DNA of 62,531 nucleotides, filler included, from Sphacelaria rigidula (GCA_964200075.2; 7 parts of 7 records of this genome joined end to end with filler, not necessarily neighbours in it); one strand, 5' to 3'; numbered from the whole stretch's first letter, positions 13,276-26,400 are shown. The notes: a model not told the origin generated them from the sequence alone. Numbers and translations: made by a program.

Positions 13276-13438
13276 ATGATGTCCCTTCAAAGGATCCCCC
13301 GCAATGGACGACGGGTTGGTTTTGCTGCAGCTGCTGCCACCGCTGCTGCGTGCGGATCTATTATGTTGGCGTCTGGTTTTTCTGGTCAGCAGCGGTCAAC
13401 AGTAGCCGCGGAAGCGTCATCGGTGGATGTACCCCCAG
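13276..13438 (+). CDS. First exon of a probable mitochondrion-targeted protein
   Basis: MMSLQRIPRNGRRVGFAAAAATAAACGSIMLASGFSGQQRSTVAAEASSVDVPP: Arg-rich start, Ala-rich hydrophobic stretch, donor CCAG|gtatgc (phase 1). A possible next exon 14324-14393 is phase-compatible but unverified. Confidence 0.55.
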
Positions 13439-13695
13439 GTATGCTCTCTCCGTAGACCGCATCGGGCTCGGTTCTCGCTTGACTGCAGCTCGTTGCTGAC
13501 TGTGCTCTACCGTCTTTGTACTCTGTTTGTGTTCTGTCTATGCACGATAACTGTGCGAACACCGTTGCAGGATATATGGTTGCTCAGTTGTACAGTACCC
13601 CAGGTCCCTTTACAATCACCAGCTATATAATAGCACAGAATGCGATGTGTTGAACCCAGGGGACAGACGTCCTAACCTGTATATACTACGCTGCC

Positions 13696-14016
13696 GCGCC
13701 CCCGTGGTGTAATGGTCTGACTGCCGCCGTTAGGGTGGAGAGAACAAGGGTTCGATTCCCGATGTGTTGGATTTTTTCTTCATAATGTCTGATTTCCACC
13801 GTGGAAAGCGTGAGAATGTGAGTTAATAAAGTAGTCGACTGAAAAACATTTGTTTGACGTGAGTTGACGCGGTGCGGAAGTGCTGACCCAATCCGCGAGA
13901 CCAAACTGCAAGGCGTGTACCGGGGGAGAGATGGGTTCATCCCTCGAGACCACGGACTCATCCCGAGGAAGGGGAGGGATTCAAAGTGCGACAAATCAAA
14001 ATATTGAATATTAAAA
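13696..14016 (+). mobile_element. tRNA-headed SINE, family A
   Basis: A-box tggtgtaatgg, B-box ggttcgattcc, and a ~300-bp body shared with 52189-52542 and ~33985-34320. A/T-rich tail. Confidence 0.8.
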
Positions 14017-14859
14017 ATTGAGGACACACTCGCTTGAAAATGCCTCGTCCAGTGTTGTGCACGGCACATCCTGGATTTTGAATTCGATTATTATTATACC
14101 TTGTTTCGGGGGGGTTTTCCGGCACGGGTGCGGTATTGGCAAACACCATGATACAACGCTGCGTTGTGCTGTACGAAGCCGTCCTGTCCCTGCATTCTAT
14201 TTTTGCATGTCAACCATCTGCTGCAGCTTTCACGGGAGGCAACTGCATGCAATAGCAGCTTGACCACACCATGATACGCCATGAGTAGTCTACTTGAGTT
14301 TTCATTTTCGTGTTCAACTACAGCAAGTCCTTACACACGTCCGACAAGTCCGAGTCCAACTCGTGTAGTTCGTTTGATGAATTACGGCTCACGGTAATGT
14401 TCGAATAACTCGCGGCACTCGAGTCGGACTTGTATTGCTTCAACACAGTGCCTCGTGGAACTCGAGCCATACCCATCCTCATTTTTCCGAATGACCCCTG
14501 GAACTCGAAATACAGTGGCTCCCATTTTTAGATGGTAAAAAAGACTAAGAGGACTCAAGTCATTCTGAACCCTTTACTGATGGCGAGAGTAGATCATCTG
14601 TCGAATTGGCATCAATTTCACTTGAAAAAAATGGGGATGATGCAGATGTACCACAATCGCGGTCTAAGGGTCAAGTCGCCGTAGGTCGTGATGAGTGATG
14701 ATACGCATGATACCATGAACCTTCGGAGCCTGGGGCTCACAAATCACGAAAGTGGGGGGTTTCCGGCCGGCCTTTACATGAGAGTCTCACATACGAGCTG
14801 GAGTGTTGCAATCAGCTACGTAATGCGCGATCATCATCTTTTTTGTCTTTCGTGCTTGT

Positions 14860-15101
14860 GTTTGTCGTAATTTTGTTGTTACTGCTGTTGTTGGTGGTTG
14901 TTGGTGGTTGTTGGTGGTGGTATGGTGGTGGTGGTGTTTTTTGTTGTTATCGCTGCCCCCTTTCTTTCATTTCTGAGGCCGTTGCTTCTGTCGTTTTTCT
15001 GTTCCTTTCTTTCTTTTTTGTATTTATTATTATTATTATTCTGTTCTATTTTTGCTGCTCCTGACCACGGGCTGGATTGTTGCAATCAGCTAATGTGAGA
15101 T

Positions 15102-15132
<31 letters not shown>
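14860..15132 (+). repeat. Low-complexity tract followed by a retroposon-like 3' end with (CAAT)n tail
   Basis: accacgggctggattgttgcaatcagctaatgtgaga followed by (caat)n at ~15104-15132. Confidence 0.55.
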
Positions 15133-16254
15133 GAGGTTGGTGCATCGCCAAAAATCATCTACTCGTACAGTTCAATAATGAGAAGCAGCCAGCACGGCTC
15201 ATATCCAACATCGTACATGCAGGACAGTAGTACAGTACAATCCTATCTACATGTGTGCGGACATGTCACCGACATGCGGACTTTGATCTCACCACGATAT
15301 CAATATAGTGACGTCGTGTCTTGAAGACGTCGAGTCAAAAGCAACCCGGGCCACGAACAAGCCCATCACCGAGATATATGGTAGCCGAAAAACTGTGTCG
15401 CCAGGATGACATGCATGTTTGGTGCTGTACTGTGATGCACTGTACTGTTGCTACCGACTCGTTCAGGCTGATGGTGACGTGGATAGATAAATGGTCGCCC
15501 TCGATCACTCTGCGCTCGTCGAAGTACTCGTTGGACCCGATTCGCACTTGTGCCTCGCTCTCCTAAATAAAATGAACCAGGAATCGAGCCAGGCGTATCC
15601 ACATTTGCTCAACGAGTCATGACTCGTCGGGTATGTGAAATATTTTCGTCCTTCGCTGCGGTTTCACTTGTCACTGTGGATTTTTTTCTGTCTATCGATG
15701 TATGCTCTGTCTCGTTTCCTCGAATTCTCGGTATTAGTCAAGTGGACACCATGGGAGACGTCCCCGGTTTGACTGCTGCAACCCCAAACAATGAATCATG
15801 TAACGGAGCAGTCTCTTCAGGTTCTCCGACGACGCATTGGTGTGGTGACTGATAACTATCGAGCTAATGTGCTGTACATGAGCGTACCACGACGTTTGGC
15901 GGGCGAAAATACGAAAGCGTAAGCACGTCAAACAACGAACGCGAGGCATCGGGTCATATCCACTCAGACCCTTGACCGAACCTCGTGACAGCGGAGTGGA
16001 AAATATCCTCGCGAGCAGTCGGCGAAGCTGGGACGTGAGGGTAAAGGTTTGGGTTTGATTTTCTCGAGTCGGGAAGTCACGGAGTATCAAGTTATGGGCA
16101 AATACCGTTGTTGGACTCTTTGTGACCACCCGTAGTACCAAGCCTTTCCGGTTGTTCGGCAACAGAGTGTTGGCGTGACGTACACACACGTATGAACTAC
16201 TGCTGTACGCTGTGCGTCGGCCATTTGCCCTAATGTCCCCCACACACACCCACG

Positions 16255-17165
16255 ACGTGATTGTACCAAAGCTGGAATATGCAGGAGAAGTATGGGAGGG
16301 GGACGTGAAGTTGGTGGAGATGTTAGAAGCAGTACAGATGACACCAGCGAAGAACATACTTGGATGCTCGAAAACGACGAGTAATTCAGTCTTGGAAGCA
16401 GGGTAGGGAATGTACTCACTTGAAACAAATAGAGACATGAGGAAATTGTGATGGCAATATAGCGTAAAGAACATGCAGAGAAAGAGATTGAAAGCTATAG
16501 TTGATGGGGCTGTACGGAAGAAAAGTTCCAGAGGGAAGGCTGGAGTAACGTGGGATAAAGAAGTCGAGGAAGTATAGAAGGAGATTATAGGAAACCAAGA
16601 CGAAATTCTGCCCATAGATGAAGGCGCGGGGTACGAGACAAAAGTGATATATATTTTGAAAAAATAAGGGGAAAAGGAGCGGTCAGACGCAAGGCAGACG
16701 AAAAAGAACACCTGGAGATACACGGGTGGTTGAGAGAGGGGATAGGGATGAAAGCATATTTGCATGGCCCGATGGACGCTGCGAACAATCTGAAACTGCG
16801 ATTTCGGGTGGGGGACCTAGACCTGCCAGAAAGAAAAGATATACCAGTCGTCGGAAGGAAGAGGAAGTAGATGGACAGAATTGCCCCTGTGGCAAAGCGA
16901 CAGAGAGCAGAAGTCATATAGTGGCAGAATGTGAACTATTCAAGGAGGAACGGGACGTACTAGAGGGGCGAAATGCCGGACGTGAACGAAGGTGGGATGA
17001 AATCGTTTGATGAATTTGACAGGGGGGAGGGAACGATGGCTATCCTAGGAGATAAATGGTGGCCACAGACGGCGAAACAGGATGGGGATGAGATATGTAG
17101 AAGGTTTTGTGTATTGTATGGAAAAAACGTGATGAGCGCCAGAATGTTGGAATGTTGGAGGTATC
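16255..17165 (+). mobile_element. Degenerate LINE ORF2 3' part (post-RT region and C-terminal Cys/His knuckle)
   Basis: VIVPKLEYAGEVWEG...LEAVQ...AKNILGCSKTTSN, then LKLRFRVGDLDL and CPCGKATESRSHIVAEC. Stops and frameshifts. Confidence 0.8.
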
Positions 17166-17718
17166 CAAGGGCAGATCGAGCAGAGTATATCCTTTTGAGT
17201 ACTCGAATTTTACTTTACTCAAGTTTCGAGTAGGTCGAGTATGGCTTCAAAAACGCTACGAGAATTTTGAGTAGATTGAGTACGGCCTCCAATACTCACT
17301 GAGGTATTGAGTAGGCACTCTCAGTAATACTTGAGTATAGAGTATCCCTTGGGTATGCCCTCAATCCTCTACTCAAATTTTGAGTAGGTCGAGTACGGCC
17401 TCAAATTCTTTACTCGAATTTTGAGTAAGCTCTCTCAGTAATACTTGAATAGTAATACTTGAGTATGGAGTATCACTTGGGTATGCCCTCAATGCTCGAC
17501 TGAATTTTTGGGTAGGTCAAGTGCGGCCTCAAATACTCCACCCAATTTTTGAGTAGGTTGAGTACGGCCTCAAATACGCTCCTTGAAGTTTGAGTAGATC
17601 GAGTGCGACCTCCAATACTCTACTCGAATATTGAGTAAGCGCTCTCAGTAATACTTGGGTGTGGAGTATCACTTGGGTATGCCCTCAATCCTCGACTGAA
17701 TTTTTGGGTAGATTGAGT
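17166..17718. repeat. Two-monomer tandem array (~41-bp and ~75-bp units) built on TACTC-N6/7-GAGTA; probable DNA-transposon subterminal array
   Basis: Unit A is tactcgaattttgagtaggtcgagtacggcctcaaatactc. Unit B contains ctctcagtaatacttgagtatggagtatcacttgggtatgccctcaat (3 copies). Confidence 0.8.
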
Positions 17719-19413
17719 GTGTGTGTTGTCGTCCCAATTATTCTGGGCGCCAGTCTACCCCTTTCGAGATATGTGGGCGCACCAGCCGGGGTCACAGANN
17801 NNNNNNNNNNNNNNNNNNNNNNNNNNNNNNNNNNNNNNNNNNTTAATTAATTAANNNNNNNNNNNNNNNNNNNNNNNNNNNNNNNNNNNNNNNNNNNNCT
17901 GACACACTTATGAGCCTCTTTTTTCTTGCAACCAAATACCCCCCCCCTCTATCGTAGGATGACTCAGTGAACGAGAGTCTTGAAAATCAAGTAGATATAG
18001 CTTACCTCGTGGAGCTATTGAGGTGTGAGCTTATTCGGACACAACTAATATACTGTACCCTTGCGGAGACTGTCAGACTTGACCCTCCGTGCACGTTGAG
18101 TTGCATGCATCCCAACCTCTTCACCCGTTAGGCGATTGCCGAAATTTTAGACCTTTTACCATTTTGTTTTGTCGATAATCACGGCCTTCATTGTGGGTTC
18201 CAAGAAAACTGTGGTGCAATTGATTTTGTGTATCTTCGCTCATTTTTCCGCGGTTTGAGGCCGAGCAAATTCTGCAAGCGCAGCATTACACGATGAGGTG
18301 GACTCCATCAGACAGCGCAGATATTACGCCCCATTTCGAAGGGGCCCAATGACTCGTGACGCACTCGATAAACTGATTCGATCATGTGGTTGACTTGTCT
18401 CTGTATTTGACAAATCTCCGTCGGTTGAAACCGGCTTCAAGTTTTCCCAAGATCAAACCTCCATGTATACTGCGGCTGTGCGCTCGATATCGCGAAACCG
18501 TGACTGCTAAAGCCGAGCACAACGAGAAGCTGGGAATTCCCACGCTTGGGTTCGTTTCCGCCAATTTCGCCCATATGAGACGCTTCATTCAACCTGAACC
18601 CAAACATTAGGCGCTGTACAACCATTGTTTCGTGACAAGTTGAGGCTGATTGTTTTGGGGAAAGTATCGTAGAAAGCGTCTTACTCTCGCTGGCCCAAAC
18701 ATGTGGGAAGACACGCTCTTACTTCTTCAGCGAAAAACTGATCAGGAGTACTTGCTTGCTAAAAACCGACTTCAAAACTCGAGTGGTCAGGCACATAGGG
18801 ACACCGCTGTACCATAGTACGATAGAGTCCATGCCGCCGTCCAAGAGAAAGAGCAGACCCTCGGTAACACTTAACAAGACATCGTTGACCTTCTCTCATC
18901 GTGCTCTATTACACAAGAAAACACCGATGCCATCTGCTCGGCTCCTCGTGGCGGGAGATCGAGGCGATAGCGCAGGGGAAAGCCACGGACACGTATGACG
19001 ACCACACGGGGAAGAGCATTCTGGTTGCCGGTGGGTCACACTTACTGATTGATCGACCGAGCGGTTCGCCTGACTGATGGTCGCACAGAAGGCTATTCTG
19101 GAATGAATCCACCGGTAGTTTTCAGATTCATGTGCCTGACGTAAATTAATGGAAACATTAGCTGACTGAACCTCAAGTGGAGGAAAAGATAAAGGAAGAA
19201 AACCGGAAAAAAACAAAATGCATGAAGTAAGCCAAGGCCAACAAACGACCAAAGAATACTGTCTGCGCATCGTATCAGGTTTGCCCCATAGATCACTTAG
19301 CACGATGTTTTGTCATTCAAGGACAGGAAAACGACTATTGAGCAGTGATGCACTCGATTTGCGTGTATTATTTTGGTTTTGTATGCGGTCCTATGATACC
19401 CTTCTTGAAGTAT

Positions 19414-19856
19414 CACGGGATCTTACAAATTGGGAATGGATCTTTTATTGGGGATGAGAAACCTGGAGAATTAAAATCTCCGTATCTACACCAAATCTTT
19501 GAAATATGATTCCATTTCTTCACCTACTGATAGTTATTGACAGCTGCTACACGCCATAGAAACTGGTATCTCAATAACCGAAATGTTGTGGTCCTAGGTA
19601 AAAAACCAATTTCGAGGAATTCCGGGCGTCCGAGCGGAAGCCAAAATAGTTCCGAAATTTTTTTTTCACCTAGAACCCCAACATTCCGGTGGTCAGAATC
19701 CAAATTTCTATGGCGTGTAGCAGTTGTCAATAGCTATCAGTAGTAGGTGAAGAAATGGAACCATATTTCGAAGATTTGGTGTGGATACGAAGATTTTAAC
19801 TTTCCGGGTTTCTCATCCCCAATGAAAGATCCATCTCCACTTTGTAAGATCCCGTG
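19414..19856. mobile_element. 443-bp foldback MITE
   Basis: cacgggatcttacaaa...tttgtaagatcccgtg, with arms of ~200 bp aligning throughout and a short central spacer. Confidence 0.9.
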
Positions 19857-19995
19857 TTAAGTGTAAATGTCGCACGTCGGACAAAAAAAACGAACATACG
19901 GCAGTGCTGGCGTCATTTTGCCACGTTTGGTGAAGAGGCAAGCAAAATAGGTACGATGTTTTTAGCCAGTCATAGCATTTATATTCTCATCAACC

Positions 19996-21490
19996 ACCTA
20001 CTCACCGCCAGCAGGAATGACCAGTCATCACCTCCCGCGAGAACGTCGGATAGTCCATGGTACCAAGAAATGCTGGTGACATAGTCTCCGTCGATGACTT
20101 CGTCGATGCTCCCTGTGGTGTGAAGCGTGAGAGCCAGGCGCAAAATGTGGTGGACAGCATCCACTACTGGCCCACACCCCAGTTCGGGCACCCGCCCGTA
20201 GTCTGCCGGCAATCACCCGCGGTAGATAAGCAACACGGTTTATGCCTCGAAATCGAATGCACGTAGGTACTCGGATACAGGAAATAATCAGAAACGGTGG
20301 CCGTTAGCTATCTATGTGTCTTATGGTGCTGAACATATCCGGCATATGTCTTGCGTGTTCAACTATGATCCATGGTGCGATCATTGGGTAGTGCTGTTGA
20401 CGTTCGTCGTCCCGGCTTCCCATTGGATGGAAGGGACCTGAAAAGACGAGACTGCAAATAAAATGAAGGCCCAGCAGACTGCTAAGATTGTAATCCGTGT
20501 GACAGCTCTACATTCCAGCGTCACTGGAGGTGCAAAGTGTGCTCAGGGTTAGTATAGATGCCAGAGAGAAGCAGATACACGTGCAAGCAAGCGGAGGGAC
20601 CAAAACATTGTGATACCGAGGAGACGATTGTACCAGTGTGAAAGCGTGGGTGCTACGACAACGGAAATACTTTCAGGGCCAACTTGAAACCCTTGGTGCA
20701 CCGAGATCATCACAAACGGCTCTGTGAACGTTCTTTATAGCATCAGACACTGTAGTCAAGCCAGCGTTTCTTCGCACCTATTTCCGAAGGACCGCAGAAT
20801 ATGTCGGGTGGGGCATGATGAGTGAGTGCCTGGATGGCTATCCTTGCCCAGCCGAACATATCGTTGTAAAACGTCATCTGCCGATCGAGCTCGATCTCTT
20901 CGCGCGCGATACCATTGTCGGCCATCCGAGTGTGTATGAAGTTAACCTGTTAGTCGACCACAAAGAGGTTGTGGAGAAGGATGGAGAGGTAGGTGAAGGT
21001 GAGACCATTCCTCAGCAAACGGGTTCTAGTCGTCTGTGTATTGGTCTCGTGCAATCATTGATTCTCAGCCGAAACGACATCGAGCTGGTGGATTATACGG
21101 GTTACCTGCATACTTGGGTTTACCTGCCAACACAGGCAATGTTCACGGAGCTTCTCTCTATTTATGTGTGGAAAGTCACGACATGGGGTTGAACTCCAAA
21201 CGCCCGGCGGAAGTACAACAGCAAACGTACACACTACTTGATAGACGATTGCATGCTGATGCCATACGCTGCTGCCTGCATCGGACTAGCTGTACTCACC
21301 AAGCGAGGGCTGATGTTATCCCACGTGTAAGCCCCGGCACGGTAGACAATGGCACCCTCGTCCTGGAATTCATAGGGCATACATATTGCAACATCGCGGT
21401 TAGATTCTGCCCTCCCCACATCTCCTCCCCCCTGACCGCCGCCGACTTGAGATGGTTGTGTCGGGGTTATTTCAAGACCAACTGGTGACC
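19996..21490 (-). pseudogene. Decayed multi-exon gene of unknown family
   Basis: Exon-like blocks ~21489-21300 (ends SPRL|gtgagt), 20946-~20780 (cag|VNFIHTRMADNG...) and ~20437-19996 (ends SFLLA|gtgagt). In-frame stops and frameshifts in the last block. Confidence 0.4.
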
Positions 21491-22001
21491 TAAGGACACG
21501 CCGATGCACAGGAGAGAGTGACATGATCTACAGACAAGTCTATGCATTGTGCCAGCGGTGATTTCGCACAAAGTAGCTAGTGGGCCATACCGATAAAACC
21601 GAACGTCGTGAAAAACTTTACAGATGAAAGGTTGAATCTGGGTCCCAGTACACGGTAAACCGTCAGCAGCGTGTAGGTGTAAAGAAGGCTAGAGCTAGGT
21701 CACATATATACGTGAGCTCAAAGTGGCGACCTACAAGGTCCGTATGTTCAGGAAACGAACAGGGTACCCATTGAACCAGGGTACACCGTCCCTCACGGGA
21801 AAGAATGGAGCTGACCACGCTGACGTGGAATGTCAACCAGTGGCTTTCAAGGCAATCGGACTGCAGGAGACAAGGAGACCCGGAAGAATCAAGTTCGCTG
21901 CTGTGGGATACTGTGCCCTCTGTTGCGGTGCGGAATGTGCCAAGAGAAGAGCAGGGCAAAATGAGGTTGCGTTCGCTTTCAATAAACCGATCATCAATGA
22001 C

Positions 22002-22252
22002 GACTGCTGCCGAGATAACCCCCCCCCCGAACCGGCAAAAAACGTGCACGGAGGCGATGATCATAAATGCCGTTAGAGCTGGTTTCGTGCTGCACGACGC
22101 GACTCATTTGAGCGTTATACCTGAGTTGCGGACTGTAGCACGCCTGTCACGTGGGCGAAATTGCTGCAAACGAGCCCAACAGTGGGATCGTAGCCGGTTC
22201 GTCGGACGGTCTCTGGTGCACGTTTCGTGGGGGGGCTATCTCGGTATGAGTC
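22002..22252. mobile_element. ~250-bp MITE, TIR GACTGCTGCCGAGATAGCCCCCCC (copy 1)
   Basis: TIRs at both ends; full-length inverted homolog at 25706-25953. Flanks TGAC / TGAG. Confidence 0.8.
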
Positions 22253-23607
22253 TGAGGCTACGTGGATTCAGGCGCTGACTAGCGAACACCTCACGTCGAT
22301 TTCTTTCAACCTCACAGGCAAATCGAAGGCTATAAAGTTTGTAGTTGACTGCACCCCTAAAACCCTATACACACCAAAGTGAAAAAAAAGGGAGATATAT
22401 TCAGGGGACTAGTGGGTCGGACGACACTGTAACTGAGTTCCCAACAACCACCTGCTTAGTTTGATGGACGCTGACAGTAGAAATGGGGTGAGAGGAGGAA
22501 AGAAGGACTGTACAATAGTCGCACGACACCAACAGCACCTCCTTGCTTCAAGTTTCGGGTGGCAATGGGCATGCTCTGGTCAACACCCCCCCCCCTCCCC
22601 CAAAGATGCACATCCCGTACATTCGACAGTATTGCGAATCGTCCGGCGGACAACAAACACATTGATTACACCCGCCTACGACAATACCATTATACGCTTG
22701 CTCGCAAAGTCATCTTCCACATTCAGCCACCCAACTCGCCGAGCTCTAACCAAAACATGTGCACGCCAGTGCGGCCCCAAGGTCGATCAGCAAGCAAGAA
22801 ACCTTGGCAAACCCCGACTGGGCGCAAACCCATCAATATGCGGGCGATAACATATGACACCGATAGATGTGAAAAACCCATCCAGGTCAACATCAGCATA
22901 CCTAAGAGAACTCGAACTGGCGATGCAGTCAGTGCAATGACTGCGGAATTCAATCACTCACTCCTGAGCTACGCTAAAAACGTGGTGCCCCGTCAGACTC
23001 GAAAGTCACGTATACCGGGGTGGTTCAAAGATGTTCCAATCCGAACTGAGTGCAAACAGGCCTAGAACGAGAGGGAGAGGGCGAGATTGACGGTACGAAT
23101 AGGACCGAATTATGGAGCCACATGACGCACATTGCTAACAGCGTGCGAGAAACTCATAGAGATGATCCCCGCTGGAGTGGACAAGTACCTGGGTGTGTAT
23201 GGGGTACAGAGGGGGAGAAGTACTTTGGAACTGGGGGCATGAGGATAGTACAGACGCCTGGAAGAAGGGTGGAGTTTGGCGGGACGAAAAGCAGAAGGAA
23301 ATTAGTATTTCAAGGACGAGGACGGAACCCTCTGCGGAACACGGGTTCCATCGCGAGCGATAGGGACGATACTTCTCCACCTTAGTTCAGTAACGTGCCA
23401 TATCGGCAACTACCGACCGGGCCGTCATCGAGAACATCGTGCGACGAGCCATAGCCTTGTCACTTGGAAACCCGCCTGGCCCGATTGAAATAAAGGATGC
23501 TCTGAGAGCTATGGTTGGCGACGAAGCGACGGGTCCGGATGGTCTAATTGCTGAACTCCTCGCGCTTGGGTTGGTCATGGAGCCTTCACATGTTCCACAC
23601 CACTCTC

Positions 23608-23857
23608 GAGTTATTCTACGATAGGGGAGGGGGTATTTTGGGCCGCTTTCTCCCACGAAATTCCACTTCAATCGCCGTTGAAATCAGCCAACAGTCGTTC
23701 GAACGCGCTTGCTCACGATAAATAACGCTCGTTCATACGACTTTGCACCGGGTTTACCCCAATACAAAAGCACCTCGAGTGTTTCAGGTCGTTTGACGCA
23801 TCTATGAGCGCGTTTTCCCGTGGAATCGGATACCCCCCCCCTATCGTAGCATGGCTC
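23608..23857. mobile_element. 250-bp MITE, TIR GAGyyATkCTACGATAGGGG.GGGGTAT
   Basis: gagttattctacgataggggagggggtat ... atacccccccccctatcgtagcatggctc. Interrupts the LINE reading frame; flanks TCTC / TTTC. The same TIR recurs at ~17936-17965. Confidence 0.75.
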
Positions 23858-25705
23858 TTTCACAGCATCATCGCTGTGCTCAGGGCATCTGGCGAGGTGG
23901 CTCAGGTGTGGAATGGCTATTATCAAAGTTGGGGGCAAATAGGCATAAATTTGAATCCGTGCGGCGAAACGTATGGGAAGAGGGCATCTTGGAGTCGAGA
24001 AATGGTCGACAGAGTTCAAGGAGGCGTGGTGACGCGAGCACAAACTCCAATAGGAACTTCGCTACGAACGGAAGGCTGCTTAGCCGATAGCCGCCTGTCT
24101 GAGACCAACTACCGCGCTGACATAACAACAGCACCAGCTCGCGAAGGAATGCAGTGTAGAAACGGCGGGGATGATGTTCTGCTTTATTTCCGACCATAGG
24201 AGGAATAAATGAGGGAAGCTGAATAAACGCGGGAAGTGATCCACCATTGTCCTGTCTTGTTGGTCGTCAACTGTTTACCCCGTGGTCTTGCGGTGTTCCC
24301 TGCATGCTTTTGTGCATGCTCTATTGTGTCCATGGGGTTCTTCGCTTCTTTGATTTGCTACATCCCTGTTATTTTATCAGAATATTGCCGAAGTGAACCC
24401 CAGTGTACATGTACTTGGATTAATTTGGGTACATTACGGGGCAGATTGATGGTATATCAAAGGTACGGGATATTGTGTTATGACGGAATGTATGACATGT
24501 GAGGGGATGCACGGTGCATGCGTGCTCACAAGCCACACTTGATTTTTGCATACTGAAAATCTACATTTCGGCTTCGGATGCAGCTCAGGTGGAGCTTGTA
24601 CAGTTGATCTTGGGTAAGTGAAGGGTATAAGAGATTGATGCGAAGAGTTACTACACATTCCCCTCTGCCTACAGCACCTCATTTGAGGGGCCTTCATTGT
24701 TTCATTGCGCTAGCGGCTTGAAGAGGTCGATTACAGCGAGGTAGCGGAGGAAAAAATTCAAGGTTGTTCACGGAGTTAGGATCCAATACAACTCACGCGC
24801 ATAGCGTTTTAGTACTGTCGAGCACGAGAGAAGATTTTGAAGCAGGATTCGAGAAAGTCACGCAGTTGAGCAGAACAGTTCCAGTGCAAAAGCACATCTT
24901 AAGTTTGGGTTATGGGTATATTGGTGGTATGCTCCTTGCACTCTGTGACCACGGGTTCGAGAGATCGAGCTAATGTGATGGATATAATAATAAGAAGAAG
25001 AATTCGCGAAACAGACATAGTACGGTCGAAGCAGTTTTCCAGCTGAGTGCCCGGAAGGGAGATAAATATGATTTTACAGGGGACTGAATGAACGATTGAG
25101 CAAAGTACTAGCGTACAAATCGATAACCACAAGCAAGAAGCTGGAGGAGAAATAATCACGGTCACCCAATGGCTACCACAAAGGAAATTTGTACAGAAGA
25201 AAATATCGCCGAGAAGTTGCGGCTCATGGGAGTGAAGCAGGCAGAGCTCACAGAGGCCGCAAAACGTGACGCTATCGCAGAGTATGAGAGAGAAAGAAGT
25301 ATACATTTTGATTCAGACGCGCAGGGTAACTCTGTCCAGACGAGTACAGTAAACAGAGACCATCGAAGCAACTCACGATTTTTTCCCGAGTACAGGCGAG
25401 AAGATTACATGTGAGGGCAACGTGCCCAAACAAACATTGTACGAACGCGTCACAACGCCAGCATACATTCATGGCACGAATCTTTGAAGTCAGGGGAGAG
25501 ACTCGAGTCAGGGGTTTCGGGTGTTTCACGGGCAGATGTGCGGATATTTCCAAGCCGACAGAGGTTATGACGATCTTTTCGTGCGGGTACCTACCCGTGT
25601 ATTTCATCAAACGGAAGGGAAGTTGGACAGACAGCACGGATACCAGGCAGTAGAAAGGGCCGAACGAGCTCTTAACATTATCTTGGAGAATATTACTGCA
25701 CCTCA

Positions 25706-25953
25706 GACTGATGCCGAGATAGCCCCCCCACAAAAAGTGCACCGGCATCATCCAACGAACCGGCTGCGATCCCACTATCGAGCTCGTTTGCAGCTATTTC
25801 GCCCACATGAGAGGTGTGTAGCGGTCCAAAATCAGTTATAACGCCCAAATCAGTCGCGTCGTGCGGCACAAAACCAGCTTTAACGGCAGTTATGATCATC
25901 TCCTTCGTGCACGTTTTTGGCCGGTTTTGGGGGGGGCTATCTCGGCAGCAATC
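25706..25953. mobile_element. ~250-bp MITE (copy 2, inverted relative to 22002-22252)
   Basis: gactgatgccgagatagccccccc...gggggggctatctcggcagcaatc, flanked by CTCA on both sides. Confidence 0.8.
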
Positions 25954-25989
25954 CTCATATGGTAGAACATCTGGCTATACTTGGTTCAC

Positions 25990-26400
25990 TTAATGAAACA
26001 TGGAATTATTTTGTTCAATATTATACTGTGTATCCCATTGCTGAAAAAGCGCACCTCGGAAAGGAGTGAACAAGCCTACAGATGTCGTCTGGAGTATCGC
26101 CTTCAGTTTTTCTGAGCAGGGCAAACCTGATTCGACATAAGAGACATCCGTACGGTACCGTAATATCGGAGGTTGATGCCAACAGGCACTATGGGTGAAA
26201 ACCATCTTCGGATTACGAGATCCAGCGTGGTGTGCTTTGTGACGCTAGCAGGTTGTCAGTACTGCAGCGTCTAAATGCTATTTAGGGACTCCCCAGCTCC
26301 ACTGGCCTCAAGATCTCAAACGTCAGCCTTCACAACACCTTATCATTACCGGAGTCAATGCCTGCAGCCCCGTACCGTCAGACCTGGGCTACACCGCAAG
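25990..26400 (-). mobile_element. Highly decayed Ty1/copia integrase remnant
   Basis: YVESGLPCSEKLKAILQTTSVGLFTPFRGALFQQWDTQY resembles copia IN 'L.DSGLP..LWGE...TA.YL.NR.P..AL...TPY'. Confidence 0.4.

Larger units (their letters stand above)
21720..24200 (+). mobile_element. Degenerate RTE-type LINE (APE endonuclease to start of RT), interrupted by two MITEs
   Basis: VATYKVR...IGLQETRRPG (APE motifs I/II), ATGPDGLIAELL, HSIIAVLRASGEV and NYRADI. Confidence 0.8.

Noticed and set aside
13696-13770. tRNA gene (also SINE B heads at ~49290, ~51600 and ~52590)
   Set aside because: A/B boxes are present but there is no complete cloverleaf, and each continues into a shared multi-copy body and tail, i.e. 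SINEs.
17166-17718. CRISPR-like appearance of palindromic repeats
   Set aside because: There are no unique spacers (intervening sequence is itself repeated), no cas genes, and the context is eukaryotic.
17958-18150. Terminal exons DDSVNESLENQVDIAYLVELLR/RLPKF* completing the 13276 gene
   Set aside because: They lie in a different contig, and the apparent acceptor is the TIR of the MITE family seen at 23608-23857.
24760-25700. Possible gag-like remnant (ORF 25169-25414)
   Set aside because: No intact zinc knuckle, PBS or LTR could be established.
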